Assembly (NCBI RefSeq): GCF_000341395.1
Contig: NC_020304.1
Span: 540,001 to 572,000, forward strand
Direction of reading: 5' to 3'
Source of the DNA: Desulfocapsa sulfexigens DSM 10523
Lineage (GTDB): Bacteria > Desulfobacterota > Desulfobulbia > Desulfobulbales > Desulfocapsaceae
DNA: 32,000 bases
The notes below the pieces were generated by a model that saw only the letters and a list, made by a program, of their open reading frames with translations, searched no databases and had not been told where the DNA came from. Positions within the stretch are counted from its first letter, which is position 1. Every line of letters begins with the position of its first letter. Positions 1-10,056 of this stretch are shown here, one piece after another. A program made the position numbers and the translations under genes.

Positions 1-101
1 CATGATATGATGAGGAGTTTCTTTCGTCCTGTTGTACAGGTTCCATGGTTTATCTCTTTCGAGGGTTAGGCTTTAAAACTGCACCACCATACTAATATAA
101 G

Positions 102-3100
102 ATGCCAGACCCAAGCAACGATTTACTTCCAATTTACGACAAACTCACTCCCTTTGAGCAGACTCTTCTTCAGTTCCAATCCATTGTCTACGAGCCTGCC
201 CACACGACTCTAATCGTCAACTGCCTGCGCAAACTTGATATTCGCAGCCCACGTGGCAATCGCCCAACTGCTGCCAACCTGAACCATTATTTCACGAAAT
301 TCCAAGAAGCTGGCCTGGTCACAAAGGAACGGCAATGTTCTCCACATATTGTAGAGAAACTCAGTCGTATTGCAGTGGCAGAAGGTACTTTTGCAACCTA
401 CGCAGAGGTCATTCGAAAAGAGGCACCGGTCTCATACTACTATGGGAAATGGACAACCCGATGCTGGCGTGCCATGCGTGAAATGCGTATTGGTATTTAC
501 ACCCAGGATTTTGATGTCATCGACGATGCTCTTGAATTTCTCTCTGGCCAATGCCGGGAGATCCTTTCACCATTACCACCCACGGTTCATGTAACAACAG
601 GACCGTTCGACCCCACATGGTTCAGAAGTCTTGCTCCTTCCTTCCAGTTTTTCCTCCTCAATGACATTCTGCGCTACGAGCAGTCAACACTGAACAGCTA
701 CCCTGAAATCCTTACTTACCTGGAAGAAGAAACAGGATTAGAAGAACTTAGCCAGGACGAGAAGCTCCCCTTTCAGCGTATTCTCTTTAATCAATATATA
801 TTCAGGGGAAGACTTGTCGAAGCAAAACAACTCGTTGAAGAAAACAGTGAAAGTTTTGTCGGCACCGGAGCAGCCGGCACCCTCGCCTTTCTCTCAGGCA
901 ACCAAAATAAAACGGCAGACTTATTTGAGCTTGACCTTGATTTTCTTCGCGACCTGACTGGCAGTGAAAAGGCTGCATTCTTCGGCCCCATTGGTCTCTT
1001 CCACGCACTTGCCGTCCTCCAGAATGATCAGACAGATAAGGAGCAGAAGGTTGCCCATCAAATCGGTATCGCCCTGTCACTCTTCAGCAAAAGTGTTGAG
1101 GAAAAAGCATATCAGGTTCTTGCCAATTTCCTCCAGATACGAAACAGTACAGCACTGCCAGGAGATGAAACAAGCTTCCATAAGGATGATGCACCTCACA
1201 GTCTCACCATCCTTGTTACGGCTCTCTCTCAATACTGGCTAAACTCGAACCTCCAGCCTGAATTGAAGCTACTGGTGAAAAGGCTTTACCATCAGGCGCT
1301 CACCAATGACTTCCATTTCTTTTCTCTAAACCTTGCAGCTCTTCTGGCAGGAATTGGTGACACTGATGGGGAATACAATGACACAATCACCCGCCTGAAA
1401 GGGGAGACGGGCCTCATTCCGCTGATTGACATCCTTGAATCTGAAGAACCGTGGAAACGAAATCTGCAGGCATTGATACAGGTAACTGCCTCTTCGCATG
1501 AGTCCAGTAATGCAATGAATGAGCGACTCATCTGGCTGGTGGAGTACAAGAATGGGAAGATGCACATCAACCCCAAAGAGCAGAAACGAAATGCAGCTGG
1601 AGTATGGAGTAAAGGCAGACCTATCTCACTTTCCCGGCTCTACTCGGGAAAACTGCCCTACCTGACCGTTCAGGACAGAAAGATTTCAGCATGTATTCAA
1701 AAGCAGGTGAACACCGAAACCCATGGCATCAGTTACCATTTCGAAATGGATAAAACATTGCTTGCCATGACCAATCATCCTCTACTCTTCTTCGCAAAAT
1801 CTCCTGGAACCCCAGTAGAATTCATTAGCGGAGAACCGGAACTTCTGGTTGAAGAACGAGGTAACCAGCTCCATATCTGTTTTGCTCAGAAGGTAACAGA
1901 AGACAATATTACCATCTTCCAGGAAACCCCCACCCGTTATAAAATTATTGAAATCAACGACAATCACCGTAGAATTTCCCAGATTACTGGCAAAAATGGT
2001 CTTGTTGTTCCCATCGACGCCAGCGAACAGGTGCTCACCGCCATTGGAAATATTTCTTCTTTTATGACAGTCCATTCGGCCATAGCAGCCGAGACACAGC
2101 CGGGGATAAACACCAATATTGAGCAGGTTGAAGCAGACCCTACCATTTATATGCACTTACTTCCCTATGGCACCGGTTTCAGACTTGAAATGTTTGTAAA
2201 ACCCTTTCTTGACGGTGGTCATTACCTGAAACCTGGACAGGGTGTTGAAAATATCATCGCTGAAGTGCGAGGACAGCGACTCCAGACCAAGCGCAACCTC
2301 TCCCTTGAAGAGCATATGGCACGGGAAGTGGAAGAATCATGCCCTATTCTCGATCTGGCCATCGATCTCGAACAGGAAAATGATCGTGAATGGCATCTTC
2401 AGGACCCCGATGACTGCCTTCAGGCTTTACAGGAATTACAGGCAATACAGGACAGAGTTGTTATTGAATGGCCAGAAGGTGAAAAGTTAAATATCACCCA
2501 TCAGGCCTCTTTAAAAAACCTCAACCTCAAAGTCCGAACCAGTCAACAAAACTGGTTTGCCCTCTCCGGGGAAATCAGACTGGATCAGGATACGGTAATC
2601 GACCTGAGGGAACTTCTTGCCAAAGTAAAAACATCCCATAGCCATTTTATTCAAATCAGGGAAGGTCAATTTCTTGCCCTCACCCAGGAATTCAAAAAGA
2701 AGCTCGAAGAGATAAATCTCTATGCGGAAGGGATGACCGATGGTGAAGAGGGGGAACTCCTTATCCATCACCTGGCCGCAATTCCTCTTGAAAAACTGGT
2801 TGACCAGGCAGAGGCAGATGTTGACGATGGCTGGGTTGAGCAGATCAAACGTATTCACGAGAGTCAGTCTTTTAAACCGCAGCTACCATCCACTCTCCGT
2901 GCTGAACTGCGCGATTATCAACATGAAGGCTATAACTGGCTATCCCGTCTTGCTCACTGGGGTGTTGGCGGATGCCTTGCCGACGATATGGGCCTTGGGA
3001 AAACCGTCCAGGCACTTACTGCCATGCTTTCACTGGCAACAGAGGGCCCGTCACTTGTAGTCGCGCCAACTTCCGTCTCCAACAACTGGCAGTCCGAGGC

Positions 3101-4274
3101 AAATCGTTTCACACCGACATTGAATATCAAGACACTGACCGGAAAAAATCGGGAAGAGACCATCGCCGAACTCGGTAAGTTTGACATCCTGATAACCACT
3201 TACACTCTTCTCCAACAGGAGAATGATCTCCTCTCTGCCGTAAAATGGCAAACCGTTATTCTGGACGAGGCTCAGGCTATCAAGAATGCAGCAACCAAAC
3301 GATCGAAAGCTGCCATGGCACTCCAGGCCCGCTTCAAATTAATCACCACGGGTACCCCCGTAGAAAACCACCTGGGCGAACTCTGGAACCTGTTTCACTT
3401 TATAAACCCTGGGCTCCTTGGTTCCCTGAACCGTTTCAACGAACGTTTTGCCATCCCAATTGAGCGATACCACAACCGTGATGCCAGACTCAAGCTGAAA
3501 AAACTCATTCGCCCTTTTATTCTACGCCGTATCAAGTCCCAGGTACTGGAAGAGTTACCACCGCGAACTGAGATAACGCTGGATGTGGAGATGAGTGAGG
3601 ATGAACAACACTTTTACGAAGCCCTCAGACAAAATGCTCTGGAGGTTCTCGAAAATAACAGGGAGAAAAAATCTCGTCATCTTCAGATCCTGACTGAAAT
3701 AATGAAGCTCCGTCAGGCCTGTTGCAACCCACGACTTATCGCAGCCGACACCAGTATTGGCAGTGCCAAGCTGGAAGTATTTGCCTCCGTCGTTGACGAG
3801 CTGCTCAGTGGCGGCCATAAGGCTCTTATATTCAGTCAGTTTATTGGACACCTGACAATCCTGCGCGAACACCTTGACGCCAAAGGAATCAACTACCGAT
3901 ACCTTGATGGCTCTACCAGCAGCCCAAAACGTAAACAGGAAGTTGAGAGGTTCCAGGCAGGTGAAGGTGATCTCTTCCTTATCAGCCTCAAGGCTGGAGG
4001 ACTTGGTCTAAACCTGACAGCAGCTGATTACGTTATCCATATGGATCCATGGTGGAACCCTGCCGTTGAAGATCAGGCCTCGGATCGCGCCCATCGGATC
4101 GGCCAGAAAAGACCTGTAACTATCTACAGACTGGTCTGCAAAAATACCATTGAAGAAAAGATTGTAAAACTGCACCAGGAGAAACGGGATCTGGCGGGAA
4201 GTCTGCTGGAAGGATCTGATATGAGCGCCAAAATGACCAGCGAAGATCTGCTCGATCTTATTCGCGGTCAGTAG
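102..4274 (+). CDS. SNF2/SWI2-family ATP-dependent helicase with an N-terminal extension of about 900 aa
   Basis: 1390-aa ORF. The C-terminal third carries SNF2 motifs LADDMGLGKT (I), DEAQAIKN (II), TGTPVENHLGELWNLF (III) and the helicase-C block LISLKAGGLGLNLTAADYVIHMDPWWNPAVEDQASDRAHRIGQ (V-VI). I recognise no motif in the N-terminal ~900 aa. Confidence 0.85.
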   Translation: MPDPSNDLLPIYDKLTPFEQTLLQFQSIVYEPAHTTLIVNCLRKLDIRSPRGNRPTAANLNHYFTKFQEAGLVTKERQCSPHIVEKLSRIAVAEGTFATYAEVIRKEAPVSYYYGKWTTRCWRAMREMRIGIYTQDFDVIDDALEFLSGQCREILSPLPPTVHVTTGPFDPTWFRSLAPSFQFFLLNDILRYEQSTLNSYPEILTYLEEETGLEELSQDEKLPFQRILFNQYIFRGRLVEAKQLVEENSESFVGTGAAGTLAFLSGNQNKTADLFELDLDFLRDLTGSEKAAFFGPIGLFHALAVLQNDQTDKEQKVAHQIGIALSLFSKSVEEKAYQVLANFLQIRNSTALPGDETSFHKDDAPHSLTILVTALSQYWLNSNLQPELKLLVKRLYHQALTNDFHFFSLNLAALLAGIGDTDGEYNDTITRLKGETGLIPLIDILESEEPWKRNLQALIQVTASSHESSNAMNERLIWLVEYKNGKMHINPKEQKRNAAGVWSKGRPISLSRLYSGKLPYLTVQDRKISACIQKQVNTETHGISYHFEMDKTLLAMTNHPLLFFAKSPGTPVEFISGEPELLVEERGNQLHICFAQKVTEDNITIFQETPTRYKIIEINDNHRRISQITGKNGLVVPIDASEQVLTAIGNISSFMTVHSAIAAETQPGINTNIEQVEADPTIYMHLLPYGTGFRLEMFVKPFLDGGHYLKPGQGVENIIAEVRGQRLQTKRNLSLEEHMAREVEESCPILDLAIDLEQENDREWHLQDPDDCLQALQELQAIQDRVVIEWPEGEKLNITHQASLKNLNLKVRTSQQNWFALSGEIRLDQDTVIDLRELLAKVKTSHSHFIQIREGQFLALTQEFKKKLEEINLYAEGMTDGEEGELLIHHLAAIPLEKLVDQAEADVDDGWVEQIKRIHESQSFKPQLPSTLRAELRDYQHEGYNWLSRLAHWGVGGCLADDMGLGKTVQALTAMLSLATEGPSLVVAPTSVSNNWQSEANRFTPTLNIKTLTGKNREETIAELGKFDILITTYTLLQQENDLLSAVKWQTVILDEAQAIKNAATKRSKAAMALQARFKLITTGTPVENHLGELWNLFHFINPGLLGSLNRFNERFAIPIERYHNRDARLKLKKLIRPFILRRIKSQVLEELPPRTEITLDVEMSEDEQHFYEALRQNALEVLENNREKKSRHLQILTEIMKLRQACCNPRLIAADTSIGSAKLEVFASVVDELLSGGHKALIFSQFIGHLTILREHLDAKGINYRYLDGSTSSPKRKQEVERFQAGEGDLFLISLKAGGLGLNLTAADYVIHMDPWWNPAVEDQASDRAHRIGQKRPVTIYRLVCKNTIEEKIVKLHQEKRDLAGSLLEGSDMSAKMTSEDLLDLIRGQ

Positions 4275-4289
4275 GGAAAGATACAACAT

Positions 4290-4320
4290 CCTGCGGCCGG
4301 GGAATCTATTCGGCCGCAGG
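4290..4320. terminator. GC-rich hairpin between convergent genes (possible bidirectional terminator)
   Basis: Perfect 10-bp stem CCTGCGGCCG (4290-4299) / CGGCCGCAGG (4311-4320) with an 11-nt loop. It starts 16 nt after the SNF2 stop. There is no clear U-tract on either side. Confidence 0.45.
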
Positions 4321-4404
4321 AGTAAATAGACGTGGGCGCAGAGTTTGTGGCCTGTGCCAAAAACTCATCTCACACTCCTATTCAAAAGCAATCTGCCAGA
4401 ATCG

Positions 4405-5949
4405 TTATTTATTTGAGTAAAACGCCACAATTTCGTGAACCAACTCAGGAATCGTGTGTGATTCCGGCTGTATGTCAACATGGAGGCCATTATCTGTTAC
4501 TGTCTTCGCAGTAATTGGACCAATCGCTGCAATTGTCACTTCATGCATCAAACGCCTCAATTCCGAGCTACTATCTGCATCAACCATTGAAAGAAAATTA
4601 CTGACCGTTGAAGAGCTGGTGAAGGTCACCATATCAACTTTTCCAGACTCAAGCTCTTGACGCAGTTGTTCACGCTTTCCTTCCGGAGAGACATTTTTAT
4701 AAACCGGAGCGACAGTGACCTGGGCGCCGGCTCCACGCAGAGTCTCAGGAAGTATCTCCCGAGCCTTCTCAGCCCGAGGAATCAGGACATTTCTCCCTTC
4801 AACTCCCTGATCAAGCAGGGCCTCAGCCAGCCCTTCGCCAGTAAAAACGGCAGGAAGTAAATCCGCCCGCACACCATAATCAAGCAGGAGGTCAGCGGTT
4901 GCCTTGCCAACAGCAGCAATCGCCGGTCCCTTCATGCTTCTTGCATCCATTCCCTTGGCGTAAAGACGTTCAAAAAAGTATTTCACCCCATTCAGAGAGG
5001 TAAAGAGAATCCAATGATACTCATCAAGACGTTCAAGCTCCTCGTCAAGCACTTCGTAAGAATCCATGGGTTCTATCTTGATTGTTGAATATTCAAGGCA
5101 GTTGGCACCATGCTCTTCAAGACCAGCCATAAGTTCCGATGCCTGCTCTCTGGTTCGTGTAACCACGATCCGCTTCCCGAACAGAGGCCGTTTCTCAAAC
5201 CAGTCAATGGTCTCTCTCAGCTTAACAACCTCACCGACGATGATCAGGGCCGGCGGTTTTATGCCGGATTCCCGGACAATATCGGTAATGGTTTCAAGAG
5301 TACCGACAACGGTACGCTGTTCAGGGGTAGATGCCCATCGAACCACAGCAACCGGAGTTTTGGGATCTCGGCCGTGTTTCATGAGGTTCGTTACGATGAC
5401 AGGAAGATTTTTTATCCCCATGTACACAACCAGGGTGCCGGCTCCGGTGGCAAGTTTTTCCCAGTCAACATTGGATCCGGGCTTTGTGGGATCTTCGTGA
5501 CCGGTGAGAAATGCTACAGATGCGGTATACTCCCGATGGGTGATAGGGATTCCGGCATACGTTGCAGCTGCAGTAGCCGAGGTTACACCGGGAACAACCT
5601 CAAAATCAATCCCCGATTTAGCAAGAACCTCAACCTCCTCCCCTCCTCTTCCGAAGATAAAAGGATCACCACCCTTGAGGCGGACAACCATCTTTCCTGA
5701 TTCGGCCCAGTCAACCAGCATCTGATTAATTTCTTCCTGGGTATGGGTATGCTTCACACCACCCTTTTTTCCGGCATAAATCAACTCTGCTTCTTTAGGG
5801 ACATACTTCAAAAGTTTAGGACTCGCCAGATAGTCATAGACGACAACCTCTGCTCTCTGCAGGAGAAACTTCCCTCTCACTGTTATCAAACCGGGATCTC
5901 CGGGACCTGCACCTACCAGATACACCTTACCATTTCTTTTTTTACTCAT
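4405..5949 (-). CDS. cobA: Uroporphyrinogen-III C-methyltransferase / uroporphyrinogen-III synthase fusion (CobA-HemD)
   Basis: 514 aa. The N-terminal half has SUMT motifs VYLVGAGPGDPGLIT and KGGDPFIFGRGGEE. The C-terminal ~250 aa resembles a HemD-type domain (RIVVTR...WILFTS...). Fusions of this kind are known from sulfate reducers. Confidence 0.85.
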   Translation of the reverse strand: MSKKRNGKVYLVGAGPGDPGLITVRGKFLLQRAEVVVYDYLASPKLLKYVPKEAELIYAGKKGGVKHTHTQEEINQMLVDWAESGKMVVRLKGGDPFIFGRGGEEVEVLAKSGIDFEVVPGVTSATAAATYAGIPITHREYTASVAFLTGHEDPTKPGSNVDWEKLATGAGTLVVYMGIKNLPVIVTNLMKHGRDPKTPVAVVRWASTPEQRTVVGTLETITDIVRESGIKPPALIIVGEVVKLRETIDWFEKRPLFGKRIVVTRTREQASELMAGLEEHGANCLEYSTIKIEPMDSYEVLDEELERLDEYHWILFTSLNGVKYFFERLYAKGMDARSMKGPAIAAVGKATADLLLDYGVRADLLPAVFTGEGLAEALLDQGVEGRNVLIPRAEKAREILPETLRGAGAQVTVAPVYKNVSPEGKREQLRQELESGKVDMVTFTSSSTVSNFLSMVDADSSSELRRLMHEVTIAAIGPITAKTVTDNGLHVDIQPESHTIPELVHEIVAFYSNK

Positions 5950-6095
5950 AATATTTCCAGAAAAGACGAAAAAGGTCTTTTTATAGAGGTTTACTGCTCA
6001 TTCATTCTTTTTTTTTACACAACTACAGTGGAGACAATCACCCAATTCAGGCCATTACAGCTTCACTTTCAGCCATTCACCGATGATGTGCCGTT

Positions 6096-7049
6096 TTAGC
6101 AGTTTTCACTCAATTCATCAAGTAATGATGCTGCTAAAAGAGGAATCATCAGCTCATGATGTCCTATAATATTATAGCCGCGCCCACCCGTTGCAGTAGG
6201 TCTGTTCACCACATTCGTCAACGTTCGGTAATGTTTCATAAAGTCAAAATTAGCGGTGGTAAAATCATCAACCCGGTGTCCAAGATTTCTCACCAGAGTC
6301 AGTGCCTTCAGAAACACCTCGGGCAGCAACACTGCAGAGCCGACATTCAAATATGCTCCCCCCTGTAACCCAGCAACCTCTGAACAGAACAGGCGAAAAT
6401 CATGGTGGGAGGTTTTACCGATATCTGCACCCGAAGCCGATGGATGAATATGAATAATATCTGTCCCCATGGCAACATGCACTGTCACAGGAACCCCAAG
6501 TTTTGCAGCGGTCGCCAGCAGACTTTTATCATTGTGAGGGAAATCCCTGGTAAGAAGATACTCTCCGACGGCCTGTCCCATGCCAATGTTTTCTCTTGCT
6601 CCAAGTGATATCGCTCCGTTTAATACCTCACCGGTCTCCCTGGCAGCACCGAAAGCACCGTCACCAAGGACATCACCCACCTCCTCGGATGTTGATCCTG
6701 CCATGGCAATTTCAGCATCATGAATAATGCAGGCACCATTCATGGCAAGCCCTGTTATAATAGAGCGTTCCATAAGATCAATCAGTACCGGATTTAACCC
6801 AACTTTAATAACATGTGCTCCCATTCCCACAACAATTGGCCGGCCGGCACGATGAGCCATGGCAAGGCGATGAACGAGCTCAGGAAAATCCTGCCCGAGA
6901 AGCTGTTTCGGCAGGGAAGCAATAAATTCACGAAGAGTGGCTCCTTCTCTCAAAGGAGTTGCAAAATGTTCCACAGTCACCTTGGAATACCGATCATGCA
7001 GAGAGTAGGTCTTCAGTCCATCAAAAGTAAGAGGTTTATTCTTCACCAA
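6096..7049 (-). CDS. Deoxyhypusine-synthase-like family protein (function uncertain)
   Basis: 317-aa ORF with a non-ATG start (TTG 7049 or GTG 7046) behind a GGGAG Shine-Dalgarno. Block order resembles archaeal DHS by eye: GRPIVVGMGAHVIKVGL...IITGLAMNGACIIHD...VPVTVHVAMGTDIIH...GGAYLNVGSAVLLPE. No database check was possible. Confidence 0.5.
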   Translation of the reverse strand: MVKNKPLTFDGLKTYSLHDRYSKVTVEHFATPLREGATLREFIASLPKQLLGQDFPELVHRLAMAHRAGRPIVVGMGAHVIKVGLNPVLIDLMERSIITGLAMNGACIIHDAEIAMAGSTSEEVGDVLGDGAFGAARETGEVLNGAISLGARENIGMGQAVGEYLLTRDFPHNDKSLLATAAKLGVPVTVHVAMGTDIIHIHPSASGADIGKTSHHDFRLFCSEVAGLQGGAYLNVGSAVLLPEVFLKALTLVRNLGHRVDDFTTANFDFMKHYRTLTNVVNRPTATGGRGYNIIGHHELMIPLLAASLLDELSENC

Positions 7050-7620
7050 AAATCTCCCTCTCTACAATCTCACAGAGGAGGTGTTCCACCCATAAATGTA
7101 CTTCCTGGATATGCTGTGTTTTTGCAGTTGGAACATTGAGGAAGATATCTGAAATCCTTCCAAGCTCACCACCGTCTCCCGCTATTCCGCCGGTAAGAAC
7201 CGCCGTCCTCATACCAATCTCTTTAGCCACTTCAATGCCCTTGATAACATTCATCGATGATCCTGAAGTAGAAATCCCCAGGGCAAGATCTTCAGGCTTT
7301 CCAAGCGCCTGTACCTGTTTTGAAAAAATCTCATCAAAAGAGAAATCATTGCCAATGGATGTGATAATCGAGGTATCGGTACTCAAAGCCACAGCCGCAA
7401 GAGGCCTTCTGTTAATCAGGAAACGATTCACAAATTCAGCAGCCATGTGCTGGGCATCGGCAGCACTGCCGCCATTTCCGAAAATCAAAATTTTTCCGCC
7501 CTGACGAAGCGTTACCACCATCAGACAAGCCAGATCGATCAATTTCTTGCGGCTTTCCGTTACAAAAGCCTCTTTGGCCATCACTGAGTTAATCAATCCT
7601 TCAGAAACGATTTGTTCCAT
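7036..7620 (-). CDS. gmhA: SIS-domain phosphoheptose isomerase (GmhA/DiaA type)
   Basis: ILIFGNGGSAADAQHMAAEFVNRF plus the GISTSGSS motif. I place the start at ATG 7620 (MEQIVSEG...) rather than the track start at 7761, because the extra 47 aa are hydrophobic junk spanning the adk terminator. It overlaps the downstream gene start by 14 nt. Confidence 0.8.
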   Translation of the reverse strand: MEQIVSEGLINSVMAKEAFVTESRKKLIDLACLMVVTLRQGGKILIFGNGGSAADAQHMAAEFVNRFLINRRPLAAVALSTDTSIITSIGNDFSFDEIFSKQVQALGKPEDLALGISTSGSSMNVIKGIEVAKEIGMRTAVLTGGIAGDGGELGRISDIFLNVPTAKTQHIQEVHLWVEHLLCEIVEREIFGEE

Positions 7621-7702
7621 AAAATAGGTCCCATAAATCAATAGAAGAGAATAAATACAATATTTTTGCCTTTCATATGTAAAGTATCCCGGACAAAAAA
7701 GC

Positions 7703-7742
7703 AAAAAAAATGGGCACACCGTAACCTGCCACGGAAATGCCC
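7703..7742 (-). terminator. Rho-independent terminator of adk
   Basis: On the minus strand: GGGCA-TTTCCGTGGCAGGTTACGG-TGTGCCC with an inner CCGT/ACGG pairing, followed by TTTTTTTT (plus-strand A-run 7703-7710). It begins about 45 nt after the adk stop. Confidence 0.65.
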
Positions 7743-7787
7743 ATAGATAAAAACCTGTCACAGAGACAGCTTACGAAACCATCAAAA

Positions 7788-8465
7788 TCAGTCCAGTTCA
7801 GCAAGAATTGCCGCTGTTACTTCTTTAATAGGAAGAGAACCATCAACAGAAATCACTTTACTGTCGGTACCTTTAAAATAATTCACTGCTGCCATTGTAC
7901 CGGTTTTGGTGTCATAGTAAATATCGTGACGCTTGTTGATTGCTTCCTCATCCTGATCATCGGCGCGGGCACTGAGTTCACCGCCACAGACACGACAAAC
8001 CAGTTTTCCATCTTTCTCAACAGGCTTAATAGCCTCAAAAGCAATGTGATTTGGATGATTATTATCATTGGCACAAAGACGACGGCCCATGATACGCTCC
8101 TTGGCAATCTGACGGTCAAGAAGGATTTCAATGACATAGTCGATTTTCATTCCGGCCTCTTTCAAAGCACTGTCAAGAGCCTCAGCCTGAGCAAGAGAAC
8201 GAGGAAAGCCATCAAGCAACCAGCCTTTTTCTTTGGATTTGGCAAGGGTCTCAAGAACCATGGGGATGGTGATTTCATCGGGTACCAGGTCACCTGCCTC
8301 AATGAATGCTTTTGCTTTCATTCCCAGCTCGGTTCCACCTTTAATGTGCTCACGAAAAATGGCACCGGACTCAATGTGATCCATACCATACTTATCTTTC
8401 ACAATAGCACCCTGAGTTCCTTTTCCACTACCGTTTGGTCCAAATGCGAGAATGTTTACAGCCAT
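7788..8465 (-). CDS. adk: Adenylate kinase
   Basis: 225 aa with P-loop GPNGSGKGTQ, a LID region with CRVCGG, and an AAGGAG Shine-Dalgarno upstream of ATG 8465. Confidence 0.9.
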   Translation of the reverse strand: MAVNILAFGPNGSGKGTQGAIVKDKYGMDHIESGAIFREHIKGGTELGMKAKAFIEAGDLVPDEITIPMVLETLAKSKEKGWLLDGFPRSLAQAEALDSALKEAGMKIDYVIEILLDRQIAKERIMGRRLCANDNNHPNHIAFEAIKPVEKDGKLVCRVCGGELSARADDQDEEAINKRHDIYYDTKTGTMAAVNYFKGTDSKVISVDGSLPIKEVTAAILAELD

Positions 8466-8728
8466 GTTAGTCTCCTTTAGGCAAAGTATATGTGCTTTGG
8501 TACAGGGTAGAAATAATCGTTACCACCTGCACCAATCTGAACGCAGTTGTGAATGAATACTCACTCAAAAATTTTAACAGACAACCTAATCGAAAAATGA
8601 AATTGTTTCTAGTAAAATATCCACGCTTAACGTTTTGACTTTCAGTGGGAAAAAGGGTATTTTCTCCGCAGTTAATACGGTTACCAGAAAAACTCATCAC
8701 ACTAATCAGAGATACTACACCCCATATT

Positions 8729-10036
8729 ATGAAAAAAATTCAAGTTGGCCTTATTGGTTTTGGTACCGTTGGCAGCGGTCTTGCACAAACTCTTTACGAA
8801 CAGAAAGAACGACTGCAGCGAAAGGTCGGAACCGAGATCGTCCTGACCCAGGTCGCCGACATCATGACAGATTCTCTACCTGAACAGTTTGCAGGGGTGA
8901 AACTGACCAAAGACGCTGGAGATATCTTCAGCAATCCTGATATCGATATTGTGGTGGAACTGATAGGTGGTATGGAGCCAGCCAGAACCTTCATGCTTGA
9001 GGCAATCAAAAATGGAAAGCACGTGGTTACTGCAAACAAGGCTCTCCTATCCGTACACGGCAAAGAGATCTTTGAAGCAGCAGTTGCCAACAATGTTGAA
9101 GTTGGATTTGAGGCAAGCGTGGGGGGCGGTATACCTGTCATCAAGTCTTTAAAAGAAGGACTCGTTGCCAACCGCATCGAATCAATCATGGGTATCATGA
9201 ATGGTACAGCCAACTATATACTCACCAGAATGACCGACGAAGGCGTCCCCTTTGACGAGGTACTCAAAGATGCCCAGGAACAGGGTTTTGCCGAAGCAGA
9301 TCCCACCTACGATGTCGAAGGCATCGACACAGCGCACAAGCTTGCCATCCTTATGACCATCGCCTATGGCAAACATGTCCACCTCGATGACATCAATACC
9401 GAAGGAATCTCCAATATCACACCTGTGGACATAGAATTTGCCAAGGAGTTCGGTTGCCGCATCAAACTGCTGGCAATCAGCCGCAACCATGACACTCACG
9501 TGGAAGCACGTGTCCATCCGACCATGGTTCCAAACTCACATATGCTGGCTAACATCAATGGCGCCTATAACGCCATCCATTTCACAGGTGATACTGTCGG
9601 CAACGTCCTGCTCTACGGCCTTGGCGCCGGAATGATGCCGACGGGCAGTGCCGTTGCAGCAGATGTTGTCGATATTGGACGCAATATCCTCTGCAATTCG
9701 ATAAACCGCGTGCCGGCCCTTTCCTACCTACCACAACATATTGGAAAACCAACGATCACTCCGATGTCAGAATTAAGTGGTCCCTATTATTTCAGGATCA
9801 CAGCACTGGATAAGCCGGGAGTCCTGTCAACCATCTCCGGAATTTTCAGTAAATATAATATATCAATTAAATCTGTAATCCAGAAAAGCCGTCATGAGCT
9901 TGACCCCGTTGCCATTGTTATACACAGTCATGTTGCAAACGAAGATTCCGTACAAAAGTGTATCGCGGAGATAGATGCTCTCGATGTCTGCACCGAAAAC
10001 ACTGTTAAAATACGAATCCTTACGGATAACAAATAA
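8729..10036 (+). CDS. hom: Homoserine dehydrogenase
   Basis: MKKIQVGLIGFGTVGSG NAD-binding N-terminus and a C-terminal ACT domain (YYFRITALDKPGVLSTISGIFSKYNISIKSV). I place the start at ATG 8729. The track start at 8645 is a GTG that adds 28 atypical residues. Confidence 0.9.
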   Translation: MKKIQVGLIGFGTVGSGLAQTLYEQKERLQRKVGTEIVLTQVADIMTDSLPEQFAGVKLTKDAGDIFSNPDIDIVVELIGGMEPARTFMLEAIKNGKHVVTANKALLSVHGKEIFEAAVANNVEVGFEASVGGGIPVIKSLKEGLVANRIESIMGIMNGTANYILTRMTDEGVPFDEVLKDAQEQGFAEADPTYDVEGIDTAHKLAILMTIAYGKHVHLDDINTEGISNITPVDIEFAKEFGCRIKLLAISRNHDTHVEARVHPTMVPNSHMLANINGAYNAIHFTGDTVGNVLLYGLGAGMMPTGSAVAADVVDIGRNILCNSINRVPALSYLPQHIGKPTITPMSELSGPYYFRITALDKPGVLSTISGIFSKYNISIKSVIQKSRHELDPVAIVIHSHVANEDSVQKCIAEIDALDVCTENTVKIRILTDNK

Positions 10037-10056
10037 ACCTGCACCTGAAGTTATAG

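Noticed and set aside
1-101. CAT at positions 1-3 as the start codon of a divergent minus-strand gene off the window
   Set aside because: This cannot be supported with three nucleotides.
370-4289. Numerous 60-144-aa ORFs nested in or antisense to the large genes (SNF2, cobA-hemD, hom, and others)
   Set aside because: They lie entirely inside longer ORFs that carry clear family motifs, and none has an independent motif or Shine-Dalgarno. I treated them as shadow ORFs.
7621-7761. The 47-aa N-terminal extension of the gmhA ORF given by the track
   Set aside because: The extension is hydrophobic low-complexity sequence that overlaps the adk terminator hairpin. GmhA homologues start near MEQI..., so I used ATG 7620.
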